Source: Rhynchobatus australiae
Taxonomy: Eukaryota
NCBI GenBank assembly: GCA_034780895.1
Contig: JAUZTB010000118.1
Location: 26,058,753 to 26,122,752 of the forward strand
Direction of reading: 5' to 3'
Length of the DNA stretch: 64,000 nt
Part shown: in pieces, positions 49,880 to 63,160 of the stretch
How the letters are laid out: every line of letters starts with the position of its first letter
Position numbering within the stretch: position 1 is the first letter of the stretch
Program-made: the position numbers and the translations under genes
Notes under the pieces: generated by a model
What the model saw: the letters and a program-made list of their open reading frames with translations, nothing else
Databases searched by the model: none
What the model was told of the DNA's origin: nothing

Positions 49880-50560
49880 TTCAGGGGCATGAGGGGTTGA
49901 TTCTGAGCTAGAAAAGTAAGGGAGCCCCAGATGCAAAGCTGGAGGAGGCATGACCTTTGCCCTCATCTAGCAGATACAATGTACTTGCTGATTAAGGCCA
50001 AAGTCCGCAGGGCAAATGTACAAATAAGCACAGTGTTACAGGAGGAATTTCAGGTGAAGGGAACGGAAAGGAATGTAGTAGTGGTATGGGAGGCAATAGT
50101 CAGGGGGGTTCGATACTGTTTTCTGCAGCCTCCGTCAGCAGCTGCAAAGGTTGAGCCCTGAGCCAAGATTAAAGACATTATCTTCCAGCTGCAGAAAGAC
50201 ACAGAGTGAAAAGGGAAGAATTCCTTTTGCGATGCTGTGGCCCACTGAAGGATCAACATCAAAGACAGAACCAGGAGTGAAGCTCTGCTGGGAGAGTTAG
50301 GGTGAAAATTAAAATGGAGAATCTCTGGATTGTTTCTGGAGCATTAAATTGGCCCGGGGACAAACAGATAAAGAAGAATAGATGTTTAGCTGGAAGGTTG
50401 GAGGAAGGAGTAGTTTTGATTCATGAACACTGATACCAGGGAAAAAGGGAGTTCGATTGGAACAGCTTCCATTTAAATTGCGTTAGGACTGGCATTGTAA
50501 CCAATTGTGTAATTTGGGCAGTAGAAAAGGCTTTAAACTAATCAAGAGGAGGAGGAGGTG
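49880..50560 (+). mobile_element. CR1-like ORF1 (SGNH esterase) remnant
   Basis: RNVVVVWEAIVRG resembles the CR1 ORF1 esterase motif VVV.GDSIVRG. Confidence 0.5.
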
Positions 50561-50789
50561 TGAGGAGGTTTGACAGGATAGATATAAGGATATCTGGTGC
50601 CTCGAACAAGAGGTCAGTCTCAAAATAAAAGGTCAGGCATTCAGGGCAAAAATATAATGAATCTTCTGGAATTCTCTGTTCAAGAGGACAGTGCAGGCTC
50701 ATTCGCTGGAGATATTCAAGCTAGACCTACTAATGAAAAATTGGGGAATCAAGGAATATGGGGTTAGTACAGGAAAGTATAAGACCTTA

Positions 50790-51212
50790 AGACTATAAAA
50801 TATAGGAGCAAAATTTAGGCCATTCAACCCATCAAGTCTTCTCCACCATTCAATCATGGCTGATTCTTTTCTCAATCCCATTTTCCTGCCTTCTCCCCAT
50901 AAATTTTAACCCCCCTTACCAATAAAGACCCTTCAATACACCCAATGACTTGGCTTCTGTGGCAATGAATTCCACAGATTCACCACTCTCTGGCTGAGAA
51001 ATTCCTCCTCATCTCAGTTTCAAAGGGGCATCCCTTTATTCTGAGGCTGCGCTCTCAGATCCTAGACTCTCCCACTAATGGAAACATCTTCTCCATGTCC
51101 ACTCTATCCAAGCCTTTCAGTATCTGGTAGGTTTCAATGAGATTCCCCTCATCCTTCTAAACTCCAATGAGTACAGGTCCAGAGACATCAAATGCTGCTC
51201 ATATGTTAAGCC
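50790..51212 (-). mobile_element. CR1-like LINE 3' fragment
   Basis: Reverse GLTYEQHLMSLDLYSLEFRRMRG. Tail ataggagcaaaatttaggccattcaaccc. Confidence 0.85.
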
Positions 51213-51859
51213 CAGAAGGTGTACATCTGCCTGTATGTCATACTGTGGGGTAAAGGTAAATTCAAATGCAGTAAGTGAAATATCATGGTGCAAGGTAGAG
51301 CAGCAATTTGGGAAGGAAGATGTGGAGTGGTATAACAAGGACTTAACAATGCTTATCAGACATTCTTGACTAGAGGTACACCAGAGGAATTTGGAAAGTA
51401 GTTAAAGATAAAGGCAGCAGAATATCTCAATGTGTGGAGCATTTTCAACAAAATGGATGGCCTCAGTACAAATGGAAATAAAGGGGCTCTAAGCTACGTG
51501 CAGAGCGTTGAGTTTGGTTGGTGGTGGACTCCTTCATGTTACTTGACATTGCACACAGAGCCACTGCACCAAAGAGTGTTCTGCACCAGAATTTGTATGC
51601 AGCCTTCTCCTTTGATTGAACAGCAGAGACTTTGAACAAGCTACAAGATAGGGGTGTGAGATGCACTGATGCTAAGTGTATTGTGGTGCAGTGTAACGTA
51701 TGAATGTTGGGTGTGATCCCTGAGGGAGGGAGATAGTTGGGAGGTGAGTGATGAGGTTGTGATGCATTGAGCAGTGTGTGAGGTTAGTTGTTCAGTTTAT
51801 GAGAGATGGCCTTTGACTGTGCATTAACTGACCTTGACTGAGTATTATAGGCAGTGTGT

Positions 51860-52110
51860 ATAGAGTCACAGAGAGCGCAGAAACACGCCCTTTGGCCCAA
51901 CTCATTCATTGCCCAACTAAGCTAGTCCCACTTGCCCATGTTCAGCCCATATTCCTCTAAACCTTTCCTCTCCATGTACCTGTCCATGTGCCTTTTGAAT
52001 GTTGTTATTGTACTTGCCTCAATCACTTCCTCTGGCAGATCATTCCATATACGCACCACCCTCTGCATGAAAAAGTTGCCACTCAGACCCCTTTTAAGTC
52101 TTTCCCCATA
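51860..52110 (-). mobile_element. CR1-like LINE 3' fragment
   Basis: GNFFMQRVVRIWNDLPEEVIEASTITTFKRHMDRYM. Confidence 0.88.
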
Positions 52111-52899
52111 CAAGTACAATATATTTGTGCATTATTTTCTTCTTGCCTTGAATAAAGGTCAGCATTGCCCAGTGACTAGCTCAAAGCTTATGCCTAAATT
52201 ATTCACAAAATGTCAGCATCTGATTTAAACCGAGTAAAGTTGTGGCTGCATCTTCCCTCTCTTCTAGCTGCTGCACTCCTGCCTGGACAGGTTGCATTTC
52301 TGAAGGGAGAGAGGTGAACATGTGAGTGATGCAAAGGGTACAATTTTAAACATTTCTTCAAGGTCAGTGAATATATTCTCAGCTATGCAGTTGGTATCAC
52401 ACAATACTCAAACACACGACACCCCGAACTGCCAACTGCAATCAGGACTCATTGCTAACATGGTCAAAAATATAGGAGCAAGGTTGTATGACGAGAAAGA
52501 ACTGAGGTGTGTGATGAGGTATGCAGATGTCACTTCTTCGGTGATTTCAACTCACCCTCTTGCCACTATGTTTCTCACTCCATTTCACTTATGGACAACT
52601 TGCTGATCGGGTGATGCTGATGAGCCTATAGCCCTCAGTAAGCTGCTGTTGCCAATTGGGTCCCAGATACTCCTGCAAGAAAGATAAAATAATGAGCATC
52701 AGTGAACATTGTGGAATGTCATGGTTGAGTAGCAGACAGTTTGTACAAGCTGTGAGGTATGGGTGTAGGGCATGGTGTGTGGTACAGGAAATATGTGTTA
52801 GGAATACGTCCTGATTGATAGAGGTTGTTGACAGATGAGTGAAGGGGTTGTTGTGTGTTTGAGCAGTGTGTAATGTTAGTTGTATGGTTGAAAGTACTT

Positions 52900-53170
52900 T
52901 TACTGATCTCGAACAAAAGATTGAAACTACTTTTTTGCAACATTGCTTGGCTTCAGGCCTTCACCTTATAACCTATCTCCTTCACAATGTCTTTGCATCA
53001 TGTACCTGGAAGATCTCCTGATGTTCTGTGGAGATATTATATGTCGTCTCATTTCTGCCTTCCCCTCTAAGGCCTCCAGTTCAGCAGCAGGAAAACATAT
53101 TCTCTGCTCTTTATCGTACTTCTTTGATCCAATCACCTTTGCCACCACTCTTATGAGCACCAGTTCCTAA
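52900..53170 (-). mobile_element. possible decayed Myb/SANT-like ORF of a PIF/Harbinger transposon
   Basis: EQRICFPAAELEALEGKAEMRRHIISP resembles R..F...EL.AL...V..RR..LF, with a frameshifted QC.KK.FN-like stretch near 52925-52945. Weak similarity only. Confidence 0.35.
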
Positions 53171-53513
53171 AGCCAGGCTGTACCTCCCCTTTAAGAAATG
53201 TATCAGCTTTAAATAGTACAGACCGGCTTTAATCAATGCTGACCACCCCTCCTGAACTGCTAACCAGTGTTACTGCGCGGTTAGTAGTGGCTGAGCTGAA
53301 TAATCATGTTAATGGGCAGGAATGAAAAATTTGTATTCTCACTGCATTGGGTCCATTGGTTTACCACTTGCCATGAAATATGATCCTGGTACTTGATTTC
53401 TGGCAAGGTCCAATCTGTGTTTTAGTATGGAGATCCATCAAAGTAAATGAACAAGTATATAAATACAAATAATAATGCTGAAGAGACCACAGTGGATTGC
53501 TACAATATGATAC

Positions 53514-53518
<5 letters not shown>

Positions 53519-53573
<55 letters not shown>

Positions 53574-53685
53574 GTCTTGTTCCCTNNNNNNNNNNNNNNN
53601 NNNNNNNNNNNNNNNNNNNNNNNNNNNNNNNNNNNNNNNNNNNNNNNNNNNNNNNNNNNNNNNNNNNNNNNNNNNNNNNNNNNNN

Positions 53686-53758
<73 letters not shown>
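53519..53758 (+). repeat. (TG)n microsatellite, represented twice around a 100-N gap
   Basis: Both TG runs are followed by the same taatagtcttgttccct. Confidence 0.9.
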
Positions 53759-53762
<4 letters not shown>

Positions 53763-54404
53763 GTCTTGTTCCCTGATTGAACACATGTTAAAGTATCCCA
53801 TTCATCAGTGGTACATCTGCACTAGAAATATCAGAATCCCCCAGGAAGCAAGGCACTTCAGTCTTTCAGCTTCATGTGTGATGAACTTACTGGGAACAAA
53901 AGGAACAAGGACTCCAGTCCATCAAGCCCATAAGGTATACACATTCTTATAACACACCCTGTCATGAACACCACCATATCCCCTGACGGAAACTTCGCAT
54001 AAAAACACAACTCCAAAACAGTCAAAACAACAACCACAAATCAACTGGATTGTTGGTATCAACAGACTATTATCCCCTAATTTAAGTAGCGTAATAACTG
54101 TTCTGGCTCAGTTATAGAGTTGTACAGCATAGAAACAGATCCTTCGACCTACAACATCAATGTCAACCATCATGCCTGTTTATATTAATCCCACTTGCCT
54201 GCATTAATTCCATATCCTTCTATGCCCTGCTTATGTACTAGTCAAGATGCCTCTTAAATACTGTTACTGGTCCCGCCTCTGCCACCTTTGTGGCAACTCA
54301 TTCTAGATGCCAATTTAGGGAGAGTTTAATTATCTCAGACATTAATGCATTGTCCATTCCTCAGCTCCAGGACAGGATAAAGCATGATATTCTATTCTAT
54401 GAAA

Positions 54405-54565
54405 ATTAAGAACTGCAGTTGCTGGAAATCTGAAACTGTAACAGAAAATGCACAAAACACTCAACACGTCGGGCAGCATCTGTGGACAGGAAAACAGAAT
54501 TAACATTTCAGGTCAAAGGCTCTTCACTAAAACTGGAAAAGGGGAGAAAACAACTTACCTTTAAG
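54405..54565 (-). mobile_element. Penelope-like terminal repeat fragment
   Basis: aactgcagttgctggaaatctgaaa..actcaacacgtcgggcagcatctgtgg..acatttcaggtc. Confidence 0.6.
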
Positions 54566-56014
54566 TATTTAATGTTTTTTTTTCAGAATGGCTAGCAAAT
54601 AGAAGCTAAGTATTTGAGGTACAGCCACACACCATCAAATCGAGATAACCCAGTACTATAGTACTTCCTGTGGCAGCTGATTGTTGAAGGAAGGTGATAG
54701 CAGTAAAGATGTGATGGAAAGCATAATATGTTTCAACATTTTAGGTGAGGTATGAGAATGACCATAAAGGTTAGGAAGAACTCATCACAACTTATAAATA
54801 CACTATTTTAAGTCTAACTAGAGAGGCCCTCTAGTCACACTTTGCTGTTAAAAGGATAGTAAATTTGACAATGGTCTCTGAAGCACCACTAGACTATCTC
54901 CATGTTGGGAGGATGCAGTGACATGACAAGTGATATGTTACATTGCTAATCCTATCCAGATTCACAAATTACTAATGTCATTTTATGCACTTTATTTTAT
55001 CCCTGGGATACACTGCTTAATTTCTGGTGCAATGTTTGGTACCTCCACATGGTTATTCTCAATGTGTGAGGTTAGATGCTAAATTACTGTAGATTGACAT
55101 TCCTGTTTACATAATAACCAATCACATGTATTTCCTAGGAGAGTTTACTGGCTAAATGAAGGGTGTTTTCCTTCTTAAAACTAATTCCCCAAACAGTGCC
55201 CTGGTTCAAGTCAGTATTTACACGTGCTAGGAATTGAACCTTGGTTCTTTGAATAGAACCCCAACACCATGGGAATTTTTCCCTTTAAGTGCAATTATGA
55301 TCATATAAATAAAGGTTTGGTTCAAATACAGTACTTTCTTTCACAAGAACAGTGGAATTTTATAAGCAGTCTGCTTTAAGTTGTTTTCTGATATAGCAGC
55401 ACTGAAGGGAAATTTAAACTCACCCCACCCCAAAACCAATAGGTTTACGTGGGTTGATAAAATGTTAATGATCTCAAACCTGACCCCACCTTACTATTGT
55501 TTTAGCAAAGGCCAAATGACAGTGAGATTTGCAAGAGTTGAGTGGTTTAATTAAATATTTTAATCAGGTTTTGTGCCTCAGATTTTATCTCTTTTCCAGG
55601 TTTAATCCTGGTTACCTGTGCTCCCTGTTCCTCTGGTACCTAAAGGCAAGGGAGAATTATTGCCTGGAGGAAGTAAATACTTTTCCAGTAATTCTTGTGA
55701 ACCGGGGAGATGGAGCATTTCCCAAGGTAATCTGCTTCCCACTTTACCCCGCCCTTCCCTTCTCACCATCTCTGGATACTTACACCTCCCCCAGTAATTT
55801 GATACCAATCTCTTGCAATAATCAATTTATTTTACTATAAACAATCCCCTTCCCAACCAATACTGCTCATCTCTTCTGTTAATGCAGGGATTGTAATGAA
55901 CAAATCACTCCCCAACACTCCTCCGGCACCCCCAACCTTCCCATCACCGATAGTAATCCCCCACCTCCAGGAAAGATCAGGGCCATACCATGCAATATCC
56001 TTTACCTTTAATCA

Positions 56015-56200
56015 GAACCTTCTTGATGAGAGGTTGTTGACCCGAACGTAAGCTCTCTCTACGGGTCTGGGTGTCCAGATGAAGGGTCTTGACCTGAGAC
56101 ATCAACTGTCCATTTCCCTCCACTGTTTCTGCCTGACCTACCGCGTTCCTCCAGCTGTTTGGTTTTTGTTTTTTGCTCTCTCTACAGGTGCTGAGTGACT
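56015..56200 (+). mobile_element. nested or tandem Penelope-like terminal repeats with hammerhead-like cores
   Basis: Two GATGA..GACC.GA motifs. A 15-bp direct repeat gctctctctac(g/a)ggt lies at 56052-56066 and 56175-56189. Confidence 0.6.
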
Positions 56201-57689
56201 TGGTGCCTTAGGGTTTATCTTGATCTTTTGCCGAGCTAAATAGCCTAATTTGGCCACTGGGTCTTCTAAATGCATTGAAATTTCGGTACCTCGTATATTA
56301 ATCAGAAAAGGTGCTTCTTAAAAAACTCTTGATAATCATATTTCCTCTTATCAAAAGCATGATTTAAAGAATGCATAACTTGTGCTGTAAATATTTAGGA
56401 AGTTTGACAAGAATCAAGGCCTTTAATCATTCTTGGTTTCTGTATTCTTCCCTAGCAGTAAGTAACCAAACCACATTGCTAGCCTAAATGACTAAATTTT
56501 GCAACCGTTAACTATAACTTGATGTATATTTCCAACAACATACCATTATGAGAATGGTAATAAGTTCACACCGGCATAAATTTGGAAGACTAAATCAAAT
56601 GCATTTAAAATTGACACACAGGAGAGTTAAAATAAACCTCTTTGATATTGGGTTCTTAAGGCAGTACTCCAGAAGAATGATGCAGGTGTAATAGTCACCC
56701 TGTTTAAAAGCAACATGTATGCATTGTTTTGACTTTTTTGCCATGGTATGGTTATGCATGCAAAAGCAGGATGTAACAGATAGGGAACTGCACAACAACA
56801 AGCTGTTTGGAAAGAGTGGCTCTTAAGAAATTTAAGTTGGCGGCAGATGCTATGTGAATTATTGCCAGTACCAAACACAGTAATAAACCCAATGTTGTAA
56901 TGATGTGCATGAGATTTTTTTGGATTTCCCCTTCCATTGTTGCAATGCATTAAATTAAGCGAGTGGCAAATTGAACAGCCCAGAAATTGATGATGTGAGT
57001 GTGATACTTTGGGTTTCCCCTTCTGTTGTTGGAATGCTTTATACTAGTGGAATTGGCCTATTGAACAGACCAAAAAACACTGAGGCAAGCCAGTTGCGCA
57101 AAATCCCCAGGTACTGGGATGTATCTTGGATTCAGGTTGGGCAGGATTGTTATCTAAAACCAGTTTCTCATGCTGTGTTATGATGGATTTTCATTGTGCT
57201 GAGAATCTTGACTCTTAAAAAAAACATACAGTATTTGCTTAAACAGAAAGTATGTATTCTGTTTTTGTTACTTAGATAATCTTAAAGCTGAATGATCCCA
57301 CAAATTGTTCATCTATATTACAAATGTCATCTTACATATGTGTTATAACTAGTGGTCTGTGTCTCCAACTTTCATTTCTAAACAGATTTCCCAGGATTTT
57401 TTTGGGAGGAGGTTATTTTCCAGACATTAAAACCCGTTTGAATTAGTGAATTTCATGAAACAAAACTCTGTTGAAATCAGTGTTAAGAGAGCAACATTGT
57501 TAAATAGCCATTTTATTAAGATCTTGACATCTTCATCTACTCAACAATGTTTAAACTAACTGTTTCCTTATTTGTATAATAGCAAGAAAGAGAACATACT
57601 CACAAAACATAACTCAATGTCACTTCTCTGTGGCTTTGTTTCCTGTTGTTTTTAATATTTATGTTTAAATATTTTAGCTATGGGTATGA

Positions 57690-58060
57690 TAATATAGTGT
57701 TAAGTTACTGAAATAAAATCCGGAATTGTAGAGCATTGATCCAGAACCATGAATTTGAATCTCACCATAGCAACTGGGAAACTTGAGTTCAAGTAACTAA
57801 TTAAATCTGAAATATAAAAGAAGATAGTTTCTATAATCATAAGCAAGAAACCACCAGTTTGTTGTGAAAACCCATCCAGTTTACTAATAGTCTTCAGGAA
57901 AGGAAGCCTGGTATCCTCACACAGTCTGGTCTATATGTGACTCCAGACCCCCCAGTGTGATTGAGTTTTACTTGCCTCTTCAGTTCAGTGGTCGCTAGGC
58001 ATGGTCCATAACTCCTAGCTTTGCCAATGACATCCACATCCTGTGAATGAATAAATTTTA
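57690..58060 (+). mobile_element. old SINE-like repeat with LINE-derived tail
   Basis: Degenerate B box tttgaatctcacc, central gtctggtctatatgtgactccagacc, and tail ttgccaatgacatccacatcctgtgaatgaataaa related to the tail at about 7960. Confidence 0.5.
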
Positions 58061-59141
58061 AAAGTTTTCATTAGTATATGTCAACAGCATTTTGGTGTTG
58101 CAGATTTTGATTAAAAATGATGGAATAGACCCTATGCAGTGATCCTCAAAACTATTGTTTTTTTTAAGAAATTATGGTTTGCACAGATTGTGTGTTCTTC
58201 TTAAGTATTTTCTCACCAATGTAATCCTACCTTCTACTTTAGACATAGACCAAGTCTGATAATAAATTTTCTGCATCAAACAATTTGAGAGGTATAGCAT
58301 CTGTTAGATCCCTTTGTGTAAAGCAGGTAACAAATACTGAACAATATCCATTACTGAAAGCATATGGTCTTAAATGTACATGCATACAATATATACACTA
58401 CATTCAAACTCACCATAACATTCCATTGAAGATGGGAAGTGTGTTGATAAGTTTTCCAAAAAAGGTAGCACATGTGGTTTCACATATTTAGGAGTAGGAA
58501 TGTTCATGTAAATAATTTATTCACCTTTAGATATGATGTTTCATTTTTAATAACAAGTGTTTGAAGTCCTCCAGCATCACAGTGTTGGTCTGCTACACCT
58601 GTGGGGCATTCCAAAGAAAAACTATGGCACCGATTACATGGGTGTTTAACTTCTTTGATATAATTACTTCCCAATGCTCGCTAAACACTTTTGTTTTGAA
58701 AGACTTCTTGGTTCTCTCTTGTTCCAAAGCCAGAGAGTTGCATTTTTTCACTGTATGCTTCTTCTATAATCCCAATATAGCTTAACTTGTCAAATCCAGG
58801 AAATATTTGCATTAGCCAATGTGTTGGCATACAATGGGAGAATGCCAGTTCTATGAGGCTATAAGGCAGTAGATTAAAAAACTCAAATTATCAATAGTGT
58901 GCAGACTCTGATGCTCTCTTAGATAATTCNNNNNNNNNNNNNNNNNNNNNNNNNNNNNNNNNNNNNNNNNNNNNNNNNNNNNNNNNNNNNNNNNNNNNNN
59001 NNNNNNNNNNNNNNNNNNNNNNNNNNNNNNNNNNNNNNNNNNNNNNNNNNNNNNNNNNNNNNNNNNNNNNNNNNNNNNNNNNNNNNNNNNNNNNNNNNNN
59101 NNNNNNNNNNNNNNNNNNNNNNNNNNNNNNNNNNNNNNNNN

Positions 59142-59720
59142 TGGGAAGAGGAAGGGTGGAGTTGGGAGACAGAGTCAGGTGGATGACAGGTGGAAGCAGA
59201 CAAGGAAAACAAACACCAGATGGAGCTAAGTGGGGGAAAGGGAGGGTGAAGGTGGAAACAGAGGCTGGAGGGTGATAAGCAAGTTCACAAAGGCTACCAG
59301 TACTGGAATCTGATAAATACAGAACGTGATAATGGGAAACTTTGAGGGAGAAGTGAAGGGCAGATGGAACCAGACGGGGGAGGGGACTTGGTGGGGGAAA
59401 TGTGTGGGTAGAAGGTTGATGGAACCAGGAGCGGGAGAGCAATAAAATGGGTATTGGGGGGCTGGAGGTGGTTATGGGGAAGGGGACAAAAATGGGAGCT
59501 CTGGTGGTGGATCAGAAGTGGGGTGGAGAGAGAAAGAGAGGGAGATAAGGTTACCTGAAACTGGAAAATTCAATGTTCATAATTGAGTTGCTCAAGACAC
59601 AAGTTCACAAAGGTACATTCGCCCAAATAAATGAATTTACTGGAAGATCTCAATGGATCAAATACATGGTGGAGAGGCAAAGGGATCGTCAACATTTTGG
59701 GTCAAGACCCTGCATCAGGT
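59142..59720 (-). mobile_element. Penelope-like 3' linker, GIY-YIG end and terminal repeat fragment
   Basis: Purine-rich linker, ggttacctgaaactggaaaattcaatgttc (reverse NIEFSSFR*), and a hammerhead-like motif at 59682-59719. Confidence 0.6.
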
Positions 59721-60374
59721 ACATTAGCCTAGTCTATGTGTCATTTACATAACAGGCAACAAATGCAGCAGGGCAGACAATTTTACAATCACATCACACT
59801 ATACAAAGTAACACACTCGGCTTGTTGAGTGAAAGCAGCCTTGAAACTCCTGCATCTCTCATTTCTTCAGTCGCCGTGCCCGATAGCACAACTCAAATTA
59901 GATGAGCAAGTCTTAGTGATACAAAGCAGTTCCAATTTCAGATTGCATTTAATCTCCTGTGCTGAAGTAATGCAGACTCTGTGTTTCTCCCAAGTTAGTT
60001 TGCGTATCTCTGACATTTCCCGTTTATTGGCCAAGAACTGGTTGGCGTAAAGCAGTAAGGGGTTTGCCAAAGGTAAATTAGGAACAATATCTCAATGAAT
60101 TCTTTCCTTCAATTTAAATATTAAATCATCATTATTTTCTTTGAGCTATTTTTCTATAGGTAGAGGGCATAGTGAAAACCCTACATTAGGTAGGGTTTTT
60201 ACTCTGAACAGTGTTGTTAGACAAGATCACCAATGGCCTCCAATAAACAGAGGTTGTCTGTAGAGTATGCAGAATCATAATTGTGTTGGGTTCTGACCTT
60301 CATTAAAGCCCTGGTGAAAACTCCAGACACACACTGCTCGTATCATAACTCAGATTCTTCACAGACTCTGACAG

Positions 60375-60700
60375 ACACACCACAGAAGAAGGCTCTTCAG
60401 CCCAGCAAGTCCATACTGACCATCAAGCACCAATTTTTACATCAACCTACCCTAACCCATTTTATCCTCCTCACATCAACTCCCTTCAGATTCTACCCCT
60501 CACCTACACTCCAGAGGCAATTTACAGTGGCCAGTTAATCTACCGAGACTTTGGGATGTGAGAGGAAACCCAAGCACAGAGAGGAAATCCACACAGTCAA
60601 AGGAAGAATGTGCAAACTCTACACAGACAGCGCCAGAGATCAGGATTGAACTTGGGTCTCTGGAGCTGTGGGGCAGCTGCTCTGCTAGCTGTGCCAGTGT
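60375..60700 (-). mobile_element. V-SINE
   Basis: caatttacagtggccagtt..gggatgtgagaggaaacc..tgtgcaaactctacacagacagc..ggattgaac. Confidence 0.8.
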
Positions 60701-61184
60701 GCACCCACTGTGCACAGCTCTCTTCATGTTCTTTTAGCATGAGAAGCAGCATCAAAATGCTACAATACTTGCACACAATATATGTTCATTTTTGTGCTCA
60801 CAGTTCTTAAAAATTTCTAAGCACTGATTTTTTTTTTCAGATGTTGATACTCATGTTTGTGTTTTGGTGCATGTTTCTCTTGTAATTTTTTGTGGATATT
60901 TGGATTCAACGCAGTGTTAAATGGTTGCTATCTCTATCTGGTTAGCAGTTTGTCAAGCAAACTTTTCACAATGCAATAATAATACTGGATTTGCTCAACA
61001 CTCCAAATATGCTTGGCGGAAATTGTATCAAAATCAACTGTTTATCGTGACATAACTTAGTCTTGCTTCAGCGCATCTAATAGCTTCAATATTTAATATT
61101 AACAACTTCCAGAAATTTATTCTCCCAGAGAAATTCTGTCAGCTTTACACTTTCAGGCTGATACCCAAATTGTTCATAGTCATA

Positions 61185-61476
61185 AATAAAAACAAAAAAT
61201 GTTGGAAGCACTCAGCAAATTAGGCCCCATCAGTACAAAGAGAGAATTAATGTTTCAGTTCTGGTACCCTTCATCAGAACTGGAACCAGTTTGGACAAAG
61301 GGTCCCAGATCTGAAATGTTTTTTGTGATGACAGGTCCTTCCTATTCTGTGTAATAAGGGTGCTCCCACTTTGATACAAGGCAGAGATTTCTATGATTTT
61401 GACAATGTAGGAACGGTGAGTGTTTCCAGGTTTTGTTTCTGATTTCCGGCACTTAGTTATTTTTTGATTTTCATTT
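61185..61476. mobile_element. fold-back pair of Penelope-like terminal repeats
   Basis: The left arm on the reverse strand reads CTGATGAAGGGTACCAGAACTGAAACATT. The right arm reads aagggtcccagatctgaaatgtt..gagtgtttccagg..ctgatttccggca. Confidence 0.6.
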
Positions 61477-62857
61477 CTGTTCACGGCCTTGTCCATCACA
61501 CATAGAGTGAATCCTCTTTTTTTGAAGTGCTATGGGTAATATTTGCAGTCTTGAATTTGAAAGTCACTAAACAACTACAGGCTTTGCAAGTAGATGCAGG
61601 GATTTTGTTTCCCCTGGGTTGTACTGTTTGGATCTAGGAATTACAGTATGCAAATTAAGGGCCAATCATTCAGAACTGAGATGAAAAGAAATTTCTTTTC
61701 TCTGGAATCCTGCACCCGAGAAAGTTGTGCATTGAGTATATTCAATACAGATTGTTGAATATTTGGCTATTAATTGAATCCAGGGAAACTGTGCTTGTAC
61801 AGGAAAGTGGTTATGAAATGAAAGATTAGTAGCCATGATCTTGTTAGAAGGAGATGTTGTATGGAAAGTCAGGTATAGGGACTGGCTGACTACTCCTGTG
61901 TCTAATTCTGATGTTCTTTTCTTTGTGCAAAATGCACCTTGCATGGTAATTGGTTTATTATTTTCACATGTACCAAGATACAGTGAAACATTTTGTTTTG
62001 CATGCCATCCAGACAGATCATTCCAAACAGAAGTACATTGAGGTAGTACAAAGGGAAAAGCAATGACAGAATGCTGAATATAGTGTTACAGTTACAGAGA
62101 AAGTGCACTGCAGGTAGAAGGTGAAAGGGCCATGACGAGGTAGATGGAGCGATCAAGAGTTCATCTTTATCATACAAGGGGTGATCAAGAGTCTTAAACG
62201 TATTAAACTTTTTAAAGGTTTAAAGGTATTTCACCTTTAATAGTTTTCCTTCAGCCTTCAACTCTTTTAGCCCTGTTTAATCATAATTTCACTTCCATGG
62301 CCCATGGTTTAAAGAGTTTCCCTTGGGCATTGCCTCGTCTGGGCTTGCCTTTTGCAGTATTTATCATGTATATGCAGCAAGTTTTATATTTGCATGTGCT
62401 ATAGGACCAACACACATCTTGTGATGCAATCCCACCAAGAAAAAGGGAAAAATATATTGCGTGACCTGAAAAATGTGGTAAGCCAGCAAAAAGCAAATAC
62501 TATCATAAAAAGACAGTGAAATTCAATAAAAGCAAAATGTGGAACACCAGTTAAACTTTAACTAACCCACCCAGCATTTTCAACTGCACGTCAAGCTTCT
62601 GGAGAAAGTACAATGGAATCATTTCAAAATATATTCATTCGGACCTTTTCATCATTTAAAATGTGTGTGTCTTATTTGATAGAAAGGAAAGAGAGCATTA
62701 AAAGCAATATTTTTATTATGCTAAGGTGTAACAATGTAAAGTTATCCATATTTTGCAGTTGATCATTTGCACATCTTAACATATCTTTAATCATTCAAGG
62801 TATGTCAACGTGACAAGCAAGGACAGCAATTACTGCATCCTTAACTGTCCCCTTGAA

Positions 62858-63160
62858 AGAGAACACAGAACAGTACAGCATAGGAATAGGCCCTTCGGCC
62901 CATGATGTTGTACCGAACTAATTAAGCTAATGACACCTAATTAAACTCATCTGTCTGCACAGAGTTCATAGCTCTCCATTCGCTGCACATTCATATGCCT
63001 ATCTAACAGCCTCTTAAACACCTCTACTGTATCTGCCTCCATCACCACACCAGCAGCACATTCTAGGAACCCACCACTCTCTGTGTAAAAAAAAACTTGC
63101 CCCACACATCTTTGAACTAACCCCTCTCACCTTAAATGCATGCCCTCTACTATTAGACAG
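62858..63160 (-). mobile_element. CR1-like LINE 3' end
   Basis: gaacagtacagcataggaataggcccttcggccc..accactctctgtgtaaaaa. Same family as 41270. Confidence 0.85.
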
